A stretch of 64,000 nucleotides of DNA, taken from the IMG/VR virus record IMGVR_UViG_3300032335_001269, positions 1-64,000 of that record; one strand, 5' to 3'. The stretch comes from a virus (lineage: Duplodnaviria; Caudoviricetes). Below, piece by piece: positions 1 to 8,672 of the stretch. A model generated the notes under the pieces. It ran no database searches. It saw nothing but the letters and a program-made list of their open reading frames with translations, and was not told the origin of the DNA. A program made the translations under genes and the position numbers. The stretch's first letter is position 1. Each line of letters opens with the position of its first letter.

Positions 1-571
1 TATGGTAATGTCCAGAAAATACTTTCTGAAACTTATCAAAAATCTTTGGATCAGTTCCATGGTCTTCCATTACAAGATTTCGATTCACACTAAAACCTTG
101 AAGTTCCAAATGACCCATCGCAATCTTTGCTTTGGACTTTTTGATTTGCATTAGTGTCTCATCATAGTTTTCACTACAAATCCAAGGCACCATCATAATG
201 TCTAAACCACCAACCTTTACTGTCTGTGGCGAACTATAGGTTTTAATATTGGAGTAATCCTTAAGTAGTAATTCCGGAGCATTAATTTCTGTGGAATTAC
301 GAAGGAATATATCATGATTACCCACAATCATATGAGTTTCATATTTTGAAAGTGGGTCTAGCACCACTCTACGAGTCCAATCAAGTCCCCAAAAATCAAT
401 ACTCTTACGATTATCAAAAGCATCGCCCATATGAATCACTGTTGTAATTCCTTCTTTTTCTAAAGTAGGAAAAAACACATTCCTATAAAAGAGTTCAAAA
501 TAATCATGAAGATATCTGGACGATTTTCTTGCCGACCAGTGAGTGTCCGTTAAAACTGCGATACGAGTCAT
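1..571 (-). CDS. gp47: Recombination endonuclease subunit gp47 (Mre11/SbcD-like), N-terminal part, truncated by window edge
   Basis: Manual translation MTRIAVLTDTHW...HMGDAFDNRK...IVGNHD...MGHLE...FSGHYH shows metallophosphoesterase motifs; ATG overlaps the gp55 stop (ATGA). Confidence 0.93.
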   Translation of the reverse strand, partial: MTRIAVLTDTHWSARKSSRYLHDYFELFYRNVFFPTLEKEGITTVIHMGDAFDNRKSIDFWGLDWTRRVVLDPLSKYETHMIVGNHDIFLRNSTEINAPELLLKDYSNIKTYSSPQTVKVGGLDIMMVPWICSENYDETLMQIKKSKAKIAMGHLELQGFSVNRNLVMEDHGTDPKIFDKFQKVFSGHYH

Positions 572-1044
572 CGATTGCTACGATACTGGATGTTGTCTTT
601 CATACTATTATAGTCGGAATTGTTCCCAGAAAGCAAGTTGTCATCAATCATCATAACCTCATCATAACCAGTGCGTTCGATAATTTTGGTTTTGATTTCT
701 AATTGCTTTTTCTCCTTTTGAATGCGACGGAGAAACGCATAGTGAATGATTTGAGTAAAATAAGCGAAAGGATTTTGAGATTTTTCTGGATTAAAATTAT
801 GAATATATTGAACACAATTTTCTATGCCATCAGAAATCATATCATCCCGAAACATATAATTCACAAAGTTTGGTTTGTATGAGAGGTGTGTTGCAATCTT
901 AAGAAAACACTCTCCCAAATAATTAGAGATACGGGGTTTGGGAAGACCTTGTTCCTTTGCTGCAGCAACCTTTGTCCTATAAACAATCAATGCTTCAAGT
1001 AACTCTTTGTTATTCACATAATGTTCTGATTTCTTTTTTGGCAT
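568..1044 (-). CDS. gp55: Late-transcription sigma factor gp55
   Basis: HYVNNKE, YMFRDDMISDGIENC, NPFAYFTQIIHYAFLRRIQKEK motifs; T4-like synteny. Confidence 0.96.
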   Translation of the reverse strand: MPKKKSEHYVNNKELLEALIVYRTKVAAAKEQGLPKPRISNYLGECFLKIATHLSYKPNFVNYMFRDDMISDGIENCVQYIHNFNPEKSQNPFAYFTQIIHYAFLRRIQKEKKQLEIKTKIIERTGYDEVMMIDDNLLSGNNSDYNSMKDNIQYRSNR

Positions 1045-1082
1045 AATTTAAAACCATTTCCGTTTCGGTATAAGTTGAATTA

Positions 1083-1134
1083 ATTATACCACACTATACA
1101 AGGGCTTGACAAGTATCAAAAATGTGTGTAGACT
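1083..1134. promoter_or_regulatory. Overlapping divergent sigma70-type promoters upstream of gp55
   Basis: Minus: TTGTCA-18-TATAAT (1112-1083). Plus: TTGACA-17-TAGACT (1106-1134). Both use the CTTGACAAG element. Confidence 0.6.
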
Positions 1135-1160
1135 AGGTTTGTCTCCATTGAAGATAAGTT

Positions 1161-1577
1161 TTAGCTTTCTTTATTATCTTTAAGGTCTTTGAGAAAAATA
1201 TCTTCGAGTGACTTACGAGAATCCTCTACTGACCCCAGATATCCCATTTTATCAGATATTGAAACTTTACCGTTAGATTCAATTTCAATATCACTATCAT
1301 CTTCAAGATATCGATGATAAAAATCAATCGTAGATTGATTTTTGATTTCAGTCATTGTAACGACTTTATCAAACTTAATCAAGAATAAATCATCATCTGG
1401 TATTTCCATCCAGGGTTTTATCTTCATATAAGTGCCATCATTATTTGTGAAGACTTTCATAATCACAGGGTTTTGAAGAATAACGATAGGATCTCCATCA
1501 TTCTCATCAACGGAAATGAGAGAGAAGATTTCTTCACCAGTGATTAATTTGATTGCTGCGTAAAACTCTTCTCCCAT
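1161..1577 (-). CDS. Conserved cyanophage protein between uvsW and gp55 (possibly Sm-like fold)
   Basis: FYAAIKLITGEEIF...LQNP...KPWM; position. Confidence 0.75.
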   Translation of the reverse strand: MGEEFYAAIKLITGEEIFSLISVDENDGDPIVILQNPVIMKVFTNNDGTYMKIKPWMEIPDDDLFLIKFDKVVTMTEIKNQSTIDFYHRYLEDDSDIEIESNGKVSISDKMGYLGSVEDSRKSLEDIFLKDLKDNKES

Positions 1578-3040
1578 CAGTTTTTAAAAGGTATATTTAC
1601 AATATCGTAATTAAAGTTTTCTTCATTATAAATTTTAATACGCTCAATAAGATGATTTAAAGTATAATTTTTTCTGGACTTGTAACTAATATCGTCAGCA
1701 ATATCATATAAAGTTGCTTTTGTTTTATTATTTCCTTTTCTTAAGACTCTTCCGATTGATTGGAGGTTTCTGATTCTTGATTTACTAGGGGAAGCAAAGA
1801 TAACATTATGTAGATTTCTGATGTTAACACCAGTAGAAAAAGTCCCGTAAGAAGCAACGATGATTGCATTATTTTCCTTTTCAGTAATTTCTCTTACCTT
1901 TTCACGATTTTCAGTATCCACTCCACCATGAACGAAAAATACATGACGGTTGTCAGTGGTGCTATTATTTATGAGATCGTATAAAGGTTGTCCGTGACCT
2001 TCTACTCTGGAAAAGAGTATCAAAGTATTTCCCTTGAGGTCAAGGGCAAGGTTTTTGATAAACTTATTTCGCTTTTCGTGATTGATAATATACTGGACTT
2101 CCTCTTCAAAGTTTTCAAATTTATTTGGTGAATGCTTTAAGAGAAGAATATTAATATCAAGTGTTGCTACATGACCCTTCTTCATCAACTCATCAGTTTT
2201 GATGATTTTGTATGAAGGACCAAATAGTCCTTCTAATACCCACTTATGAGTTTGTGAACCATCAAGTGTGCCCGTAAATCCAAAACGATATTTTGCATCG
2301 AAAAGTTTTGTCATTATAGATACTAATGACTTGGATTTAAAATTATGTGCCTCATCACCAACTACCACATTAAATCTTGAAAAATATTGTTTGGGTAGTT
2401 TGTAAATTGATTGCCAAGTTGTAATAATTACTTGAGAGTCTGTCTCTCTTTCCTTTCCGGCGTAGATTTTGTGGCAAAATGACCCCACATCCCATCCATA
2501 ATCTGCAAAATCTTTATACATCTGCTCTACAAGGGATGTCGTTGGAACGACTATCAGAATATTTTGTTCTTTCTCAACGTAATATCTCACAATCGAATAT
2601 ATCATCAACGACTTTCCAGAAGCAGTTGGAGATATCAACAACTTTCTATTATGTCTTAAAGCGTCGTATACTCCCTCAACTTGATAATCGCGGGGAGCAT
2701 ACTTGCAAATAGAAGTCATATAATCTTTCACACCTTCTTTCGAAATCATCTCATTGACTTCAAAAGGAAGACCATAATACTTATTATCTCTAAACTCATA
2801 AGTATAGTTGTGCTGCTCACAAAATCTTATAAGTTTATCTAATAGACCTACGTATATTTCTTGCGTATTAATATTGAACAAATAAATGTGACCATCCCAC
2901 CACTTATTTTTATAAGCGGGGGCAAACTTTGCATTTGGCACTTCAAACTGAAATGCGTCTTTTAATTCATAATAGATATGAGGTTCTGCTTCAACATGCA
3001 GATAAACCTCATTCTTTTTTGAAATAATCAAATGACTCAT
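1577..3040 (-). CDS. uvsW: UvsW SF2 DNA/RNA-DNA helicase
   Basis: SPTASGKS Walker A, DEAH box, GFTGT, QSIGRVLR. Confidence 0.96.
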   Translation of the reverse strand: MSHLIISKKNEVYLHVEAEPHIYYELKDAFQFEVPNAKFAPAYKNKWWDGHIYLFNINTQEIYVGLLDKLIRFCEQHNYTYEFRDNKYYGLPFEVNEMISKEGVKDYMTSICKYAPRDYQVEGVYDALRHNRKLLISPTASGKSLMIYSIVRYYVEKEQNILIVVPTTSLVEQMYKDFADYGWDVGSFCHKIYAGKERETDSQVIITTWQSIYKLPKQYFSRFNVVVGDEAHNFKSKSLVSIMTKLFDAKYRFGFTGTLDGSQTHKWVLEGLFGPSYKIIKTDELMKKGHVATLDINILLLKHSPNKFENFEEEVQYIINHEKRNKFIKNLALDLKGNTLILFSRVEGHGQPLYDLINNSTTDNRHVFFVHGGVDTENREKVREITEKENNAIIVASYGTFSTGVNIRNLHNVIFASPSKSRIRNLQSIGRVLRKGNNKTKATLYDIADDISYKSRKNYTLNHLIERIKIYNEENFNYDIVNIPFKN

Positions 3041-3139
3041 ATTTTATATCATCTTGATACAAATATTTATTTTGATAAAAAACGTCCCTTTTCGTCTCTT
3101 TTTTTATTAATTGTTGTATTTTGACCTTTTCTTTCTTTA

Positions 3140-3532
3140 TTAATTTGCCTTTTTCTCTAATCTTTCTACATGCTTTTTATGCCCTTCTTCATCTCTATAA
3201 ATGTGTCTTCCCGGTACCGTTAGTTTATATCCAAGTCTATCTTTTGCTCCATGCCAAGAATCTTTTCTCAAGAATTTATCGGCATTTTGTTTAGCAAAGG
3301 TTCTTTTACCTTTTTCAGTTTTCTTTTCTTTGAATCCCTTTGATTTTTGTTGGGGTCCAATAACTTTAAGAGCTGTTTTCATATTTCCAAATCTATTATC
3401 ATCATCTCTCTCACCCCCTTCTCTTTTAGCATTATCTCTTTCAAGATGGCGTTTCATTTGTGCTTGCATTTTGGGTTCATTCATAGGTTTAAACCCTTCG
3501 CAAATATCCAAAAATTCCTGAAATGTTCTCAT
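3140..3532 (-). CDS. Basic protein with capsid-targeting-like N-terminus (putative internal head protein)
   Basis: MRTFQEFLDICE resembles the T4 internal-protein signal MKTYQEFIAE; late-promoter-like CTAAATA at 3547-3553. Confidence 0.6.
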   Translation of the reverse strand: MRTFQEFLDICEGFKPMNEPKMQAQMKRHLERDNAKREGGERDDDNRFGNMKTALKVIGPQQKSKGFKEKKTEKGKRTFAKQNADKFLRKDSWHGAKDRLGYKLTVPGRHIYRDEEGHKKHVERLEKKAN

Positions 3533-3549
3533 TTCCTTTTTATTTTTAT

Positions 3550-3981
3550 TTAGTTAAAACCTGACTGGAATCGATGCCATTCGATGCTATTCTTAATTTG
3601 ATATGTGCGATTAGAAACTGTTTTAATAATCTCTTCCAAGAACTTTAACATAATGTCATAGTATCTAATTTTGAGTTCTACTTTATTCAGTCTCTCATCA
3701 GCGTCCATATGCCTCTGTAACGCTTCTTTGTCTCTAACTTTATACGGAAATGGTTCTTCAATATAAACCTCTGCAGGCGCTTTTCCCGTGTAATAGTTGT
3801 ATCGTTCAAGTTTAACTCTATTAAAAGTTTCTCTTGCTTTCTCACGAAGAAGAGTAATTGTATTGTAGATGGTATAATATTTGGAATGTAGTTGCGGAAT
3901 TTTTAAAGATTCATCGTGCAAATTATCAGGGTCAATGACAGCATCTCTCTGCCACATTTCCTGAATTTCATCAAGTGTCAT
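3550..3981 (-). CDS. uvsY: UvsY recombination mediator
   Basis: ESLKIPQLHSKY, YYTGKA, NRTYQIKNSIEW; synteny with uvsW. Confidence 0.92.
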   Translation of the reverse strand: MTLDEIQEMWQRDAVIDPDNLHDESLKIPQLHSKYYTIYNTITLLREKARETFNRVKLERYNYYTGKAPAEVYIEEPFPYKVRDKEALQRHMDADERLNKVELKIRYYDIMLKFLEEIIKTVSNRTYQIKNSIEWHRFQSGFN

Positions 3982-4523
3982 AGAGGTTGTCCAATTTCGC
4001 TCAAGATATTGTAGATAGTATACTTGAAAGATACCTCTGCTGTAAAGTACTGGATGTCAGTTTGTGTGGAGTCAAATTCCAATGATGTCAAAGAGACTGG
4101 AAATAAATCTTTAAATTTTACGATTGAGTTTGTATTATAATTGCTATCTAAAATATAGAGACTTCCATCACTAAATGCTCTTTTAGAATCTTGCAATCCA
4201 TCATCATTTGTAATTAATTCTTTATATTGTCCTGTGGTTTCTGGAAATCCCAATCCAGTTAACCAATTATGGACAACCATATAATTCATCATATCTTCAT
4301 CGACTAAAAACCTTAAAGATAAGTCGCCGTATTGAAGTTTGCCGCCTGGAACATCAATATCCTTAAGATATGATGGTTGCTGAACTAATGAAAGTGTAAT
4401 TTCTGGTATTCTTGCCGAATTACAAAAGAAACTTACCTTTGGTTCTTTCGCAAGAGTAAAATTAAAACCAACTGGTGAAAGAAAGTTTCGGTTTTGTATC
4501 TGATTTCGATAAGCAGACGCCAT
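3978..4523 (-). CDS. gp3: Tail completion/terminator protein gp3
   Basis: NFLSPVGF, PGGKLQYGDL, FLVDEDM, FKDLFPVSL; follows gp23. Confidence 0.85.
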   Translation of the reverse strand: MASAYRNQIQNRNFLSPVGFNFTLAKEPKVSFFCNSARIPEITLSLVQQPSYLKDIDVPGGKLQYGDLSLRFLVDEDMMNYMVVHNWLTGLGFPETTGQYKELITNDDGLQDSKRAFSDGSLYILDSNYNTNSIVKFKDLFPVSLTSLEFDSTQTDIQYFTAEVSFKYTIYNILSEIGQPL

Positions 4524-4546
4524 AATGTTTTATTGATATTTAGATA

Positions 4547-4573
4547 AAAAAAAGAGGGTCCGAAGACCCTCTT
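4547..4573 (-). terminator. Rho-independent terminator after gp23
   Basis: Minus strand AAGAGGGTC-TTCG-GACCCTCTT followed by a T run; C(UUCG)G tetraloop typical of T4. Confidence 0.92.
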
Positions 4574-4592
4574 GATTGAGTTGTAAACTAAC

Positions 4593-6008
4593 TCACATTA
4601 AGTTAGCAACCTTAACTCTTCTGTAGTAGGTGTTTGCATTGGTGGTCAGAGCACCAGCGCCAGCGGTGAGACCCTCTGCGAATGGGTTTGCAACCATTCC
4701 GTAACGGGTCTTAAAGCCGATCTTAGGCTGGAAGGTGTTCTCGCCAACTGCACGAACCATCTGAAGAGGAACGTATGGGCAATAGAAGAGACCAGCGTCA
4801 TATGGGCTAGAACCCTTATAACCGACAACGTAGAACTGATTAGCAGAAACGTTTGCCGAATATGGGTCAATGTAAACGCGATACTTACCTTGAAGAACTC
4901 CAGCAAAAGTATTGCCGGTGTCATCAACGTTGAGGTTTGCGTTGAGTGCAGGGGTGTAATCGAGAACACCTGCCATTGCAAGTGCTGAAGCAACGTCAGC
5001 AGAGCAAAGGATGGTGTTGCCCTTTCCTCTACGAGTTTGCTGTGCAATTGCGTTAGCATCACGCTCGATTTGGAAAATCAGACCCTTGAACTTCTCAACC
5101 GACCAACGACCGTTTGAGTCAACGTCAAGGTCGAAAGTACCAGCAGTAGCGGTATTGACTTGAGCACCAGGCTTTGCAATCTTGTAGATGGTTCTGATAA
5201 CTTCGCGGTTGATTTCAGCAAGAATCTCAGTTGAGAGAATGTTTGCTAATTCCGCTTCAGCATTCAGACCATGGATTGCCTTGAGGTCTTGAGCGAGCTC
5301 AAGTGAGTACTCAGCTTTCAGAGCGCGTGACTTTGCAGTTACGGTGACTTTCTCGATTGAGAATGCCATCTGGTTGAACTGATCAGATTCGCCAAGCGAT
5401 TCTGCATCATCAGTTCTCATGCCCTGACCAACGTTATATTGGTTGGCACCAACACCAGCATTTGCCTGTTGGGCAGTTGATGAATTTGTTGGATCAAGAA
5501 CCGAAGGATTGTTACCACCCTGAGCGGTAGTACCCATACCAACGCTGGCACCGCTGAATCCGTTGGTATTGTTGAATCCAGAATCTTGACCCGAGAATGC
5601 TGAATCTACTTCGTTGTAGAAGGTTTCATCGCCACCCTGAGTCTTGTAGCGTGAACGCATTGCAAAGATAAGTCCAGTAGGACCATTCATTGGTTGAACG
5701 CCACAGAGATCATAAGCGATCAGGTTAGGCATTGAACGGCGGATCAGTGAGATCAATACAGGGTCGAAACCTTGTAGTGCTCCGGTTGAAGTGCCACTTA
5801 AACCAGTTCCAGTTCCAGTTGAAGTGCTGGTAAAGTTTGTTGGTGCTTCGTAAAGAAACTCACGCTCTTCGCGAATTGTTCTTTCTTGATTTTCGAGCAG
5901 GATTGCGGTTACAGCTCTACGATGTGAATCTTTGATAGGATCAAGACCTTCGTAGTCTAACAGTGGGGACCACTTCTCCTGCAATTGCTCCGTATTGAAC
6001 ATTTGCAT
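4593..6008 (-). CDS. gp23: Major capsid protein gp23
   Basis: LLENQE, GVQPMNGPTGLIFAMR, SRALKAEYSLELAQDLKAIHG, FQPKIGFKTRYG. Confidence 0.99.
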   Translation of the reverse strand: MQMFNTEQLQEKWSPLLDYEGLDPIKDSHRRAVTAILLENQERTIREEREFLYEAPTNFTSTSTGTGTGLSGTSTGALQGFDPVLISLIRRSMPNLIAYDLCGVQPMNGPTGLIFAMRSRYKTQGGDETFYNEVDSAFSGQDSGFNNTNGFSGASVGMGTTAQGGNNPSVLDPTNSSTAQQANAGVGANQYNVGQGMRTDDAESLGESDQFNQMAFSIEKVTVTAKSRALKAEYSLELAQDLKAIHGLNAEAELANILSTEILAEINREVIRTIYKIAKPGAQVNTATAGTFDLDVDSNGRWSVEKFKGLIFQIERDANAIAQQTRRGKGNTILCSADVASALAMAGVLDYTPALNANLNVDDTGNTFAGVLQGKYRVYIDPYSANVSANQFYVVGYKGSSPYDAGLFYCPYVPLQMVRAVGENTFQPKIGFKTRYGMVANPFAEGLTAGAGALTTNANTYYRRVKVANLM

Positions 6009-6055
6009 TTGTTTTACCTCTTAAAGTTTTAGTTTGATTGTTTATTATTTAAAAA

Positions 6056-7255
6056 TCACTTTTTAGAAACTCTTTGAAGAGTCTGAAGATATGCACTCAT
6101 AGTACCACTTACTGATTGGATATTCATATCAGTTTCTTCAGACAAGTTTTCACTAGTGTTTCTCTGAGTACCAGCATTAGATGGGAAATATGATTCCCTT
6201 AAAGTTACCAGTTTCTCACGATAGTTGTCTTCACTATCAAACTCAACATTTTCGGCAAGAGAAGCGAGTTTGTCCTTCTGAGAAAGTGCAAGACCCTCAG
6301 CGACATCTGCAAAGATTACATCAGCAACCGACTCTGCTAATCTTCTATTAAGAGCAATATTTCTTTCAATTTGCTCGTTGAGTTTTCCTTCCATTTCATC
6401 AAGTTTATCTACCATGCTCTCGATGACATCATATCTATCTTCAGGGATTGTTACATAATGATCTTCAAAAAGACTCTTCATTCCTTGGATGAATGATTCA
6501 GTCATTTCGGTCTTAAGACCGTGCTCAACTGCGAGTGCATTTTCTTGAATCCACTCGTCAGCAACATATTCAAGGTAAGCATCAACACGGTCAGTAAGAC
6601 CTTCTTTGATTGCTTCGATTTCTTCTACGAGTGCTTGCTCATAGGAAACTTGAAGTGATTCTTTAATTTCATCAACTTTAGTCTTAATTGCTGCCTCAAA
6701 GATGATTCTTGCCTTCTCTTGGAATTCCTCAGAAAGGTCCTCACCAGCAAGGAGAGCATTGACATCTTCTTCAATGTCAAACTCCTCTTTCATTTCGTCT
6801 TCCTCTTCGTCTTCTTCTTCTTCGTCTTCTTCTTCTTTAGTTTTCTTAGAGGATTTTTTCTTACCGCCTTCCTCTTCCTCTTCTTCTTTAGCAGCCTCAG
6901 CGACTACTTCATCTTCATCAACTTCGTCTTCATCGACAAGATCCTCGTCCTCTTCTGTCTCTTCCTTCATACCTTGACCAGGTGCGGCAACGGATGTTGC
7001 TGATGAATGAGGTGCTTCTGCTGCAGCAGCCTTAGCATTTACTACATTCTTTACCTGAGCAAGTGTTTTGCCAGGAGTATTGAGTTTTGCTGAATCGTCA
7101 TCTGAGCGATAATTTTCAGGAGTAGGACCACCTAAGTCTTCCCAACTTCCAGTTTGGCCAGGAGTTACTGCATCAATATTGTGCATTGGTTCGGCAGGTG
7201 CAGCCCCTTTGGTTACTACGTTTTCCATTTCTTGTAAATTTCTACCAACGGACAT
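6056..7255 (-). CDS. gp22: Prohead core scaffold gp22
   Basis: Acidic N-half, LSEEFQEKARIIFEAA, YLEYVADEW; between gp21 and gp23. Confidence 0.95.
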   Translation of the reverse strand: MSVGRNLQEMENVVTKGAAPAEPMHNIDAVTPGQTGSWEDLGGPTPENYRSDDDSAKLNTPGKTLAQVKNVVNAKAAAAEAPHSSATSVAAPGQGMKEETEEDEDLVDEDEVDEDEVVAEAAKEEEEEEGGKKKSSKKTKEEEDEEEEDEEEDEMKEEFDIEEDVNALLAGEDLSEEFQEKARIIFEAAIKTKVDEIKESLQVSYEQALVEEIEAIKEGLTDRVDAYLEYVADEWIQENALAVEHGLKTEMTESFIQGMKSLFEDHYVTIPEDRYDVIESMVDKLDEMEGKLNEQIERNIALNRRLAESVADVIFADVAEGLALSQKDKLASLAENVEFDSEDNYREKLVTLRESYFPSNAGTQRNTSENLSEETDMNIQSVSGTMSAYLQTLQRVSKK

Positions 7256-7293
7256 TTTGTTTGATTGTGTTATAATCTATATTTATTTATAAT

Positions 7294-7944
7294 TTAAAGA
7301 TTTGAAAGAAATTCGTTAAACAGGTTTAACTTATGTTCATCCAATATTCTTTGATCAACTAAAGTATTAATTCTGCGGTTTGTTTTTTCAACTAGTTGTT
7401 CTGTAAGTTCACCATTAACAAAAACCCACTCTTTACCTTCCATAATTCCCTGAACAAAAGCATCAGGTGCAGAAGGATCGGCAACGATATCAGCAGCGGT
7501 TGCTAGCATGAAATCGGGACCAACTACTTTATGACCTTCATTAGTCATTTGAAGAGATCCAACTCCACGAGAAGAAACACCGAGACAAACCCCCTCACTA
7601 ATAAGAGATTTTGCAATCTTACCCATCGGAGTTTCTAGAAGTTGTGCCTTACCAATAAAATTGCATCCTTTTTGTTCGAGGGAAACAATTTTATGAGAAA
7701 CTCGATCAAGGTTGACAGTTGGACCATCGGGATGACCAAGTTCTCCAAGAGCACGACCTTTACAAATAAATGCTTCATTATAACGATTAACTTCTTTCAT
7801 CAAAGTTTGCATGGGATACATTCTCCCATTACGATTACAAATGTCTCCTTGAAGGAAAATACCCTCAATAAACATTTTTTTATTGGCACCTTTACCTTCG
7901 GTGATAAATTCTACTTTTTGAATTTCTTCTGTGATGAGTTTCAT
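7294..7944 (-). CDS. gp21: Prohead protease gp21
   Basis: NRNGRMY, ALGELGHP, GVSSRGVGSL, ADPSAPDAFV. Confidence 0.97.
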   Translation of the reverse strand: MKLITEEIQKVEFITEGKGANKKMFIEGIFLQGDICNRNGRMYPMQTLMKEVNRYNEAFICKGRALGELGHPDGPTVNLDRVSHKIVSLEQKGCNFIGKAQLLETPMGKIAKSLISEGVCLGVSSRGVGSLQMTNEGHKVVGPDFMLATAADIVADPSAPDAFVQGIMEGKEWVFVNGELTEQLVEKTNRRINTLVDQRILDEHKLNLFNEFLSNL

Positions 7945-7946
7945 GG

Positions 7947-8474
7947 TTATTCGGAAACTAATTGAACTACTTCTGTGATGGTTACATTTGTGGCATTATC
8001 AACAGCAAGAGTTGAAACTTTTACGCTTCTGGACAAAGTAGATCCAGTTGCAGTAATTACTCCAACAATTGATGATGTATTTGCTGCAATAGTAACTGTT
8101 GAATCAGTTGTAGCAGTTACTAGTCTATGGACTGTATTGATTCCTGTAGGTTGTGCATTTTCAATTGTTACATAATCACCAATTAAAAATGGATTTCCGG
8201 CATTATTATCAAAAGTAAGTACAGTTGATGTTCCCGTAGTAATACCTACTATTTGTTGCTTTGCAAGTCTTTCTTTCAAAACTTCATTTCCAAAAGGGGA
8301 AATCAAGAAAGAATTAACAGTAGCTACAGGATCTCCACCAGTTTCTACATATACTGCGGTATTTGCGCAAGCAACACGAATGTATCCACTTTTGAGTGCA
8401 ATTGGATTGCTAGTAGCGGCTACAGAAACTGTAGGGGAAATTCTATTTACATTTTGGACAATTTTTATTGCCAT
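7947..8474 (-). CDS. Virion structural protein (cyanophage-type)
   Basis: Thr/Val-rich ORF between gp20 and gp21. Confidence 0.65.
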   Translation of the reverse strand: MAIKIVQNVNRISPTVSVAATSNPIALKSGYIRVACANTAVYVETGGDPVATVNSFLISPFGNEVLKERLAKQQIVGITTGTSTVLTFDNNAGNPFLIGDYVTIENAQPTGINTVHRLVTATTDSTVTIAANTSSIVGVITATGSTLSRSVKVSTLAVDNATNVTITEVVQLVSE

Positions 8475-8641
8475 TATTCGTTATCTCCAGTAGAATCATC
8501 TTCACCAAACATCACTGCAGCAACTTCTGGGCGAGCATTATCTACTCTATCAGCGGCTTTTGCATACAATAATTGTTTAATTCTGTCTGAAACATCTGTT
8601 GCAGATCCATCAGACGCAATCAAATCGATAAGTTCTTCCAT
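8474..8641 (-). CDS. Small prohead-core-type protein, 55 aa (missing from ORF track)
   Basis: MEELIDLIASDGSATDVSDRIKQLLYAKAADRVDNARPEVAAVMFGEDDSTGDNE; TATAAATA at 8665-8672; TAATG coupling to the next gene; gp67/68 position. Confidence 0.75.
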   Translation of the reverse strand: MEELIDLIASDGSATDVSDRIKQLLYAKAADRVDNARPEVAAVMFGEDDSTGDNE

Positions 8642-8664
8642 AAATTTATTTTATTATTATAGGA

Positions 8665-8672
8665 CTATTTAT
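8665..8672 (-). promoter_or_regulatory. T4-type late promoter TATAAATA (also near 7285, 13223, 22855, 32098, 62719; CTAAATA variants near 3547, 4537, 10398, 18608, 56425)
   Basis: tatttata / tatttag on the plus strand just upstream of minus-strand late genes. Confidence 0.8.

Noticed and set aside
6780-6970. GAA/GAC-rich low-complexity tract
   Set aside because: Encodes the ordinary acidic region of scaffold gp22
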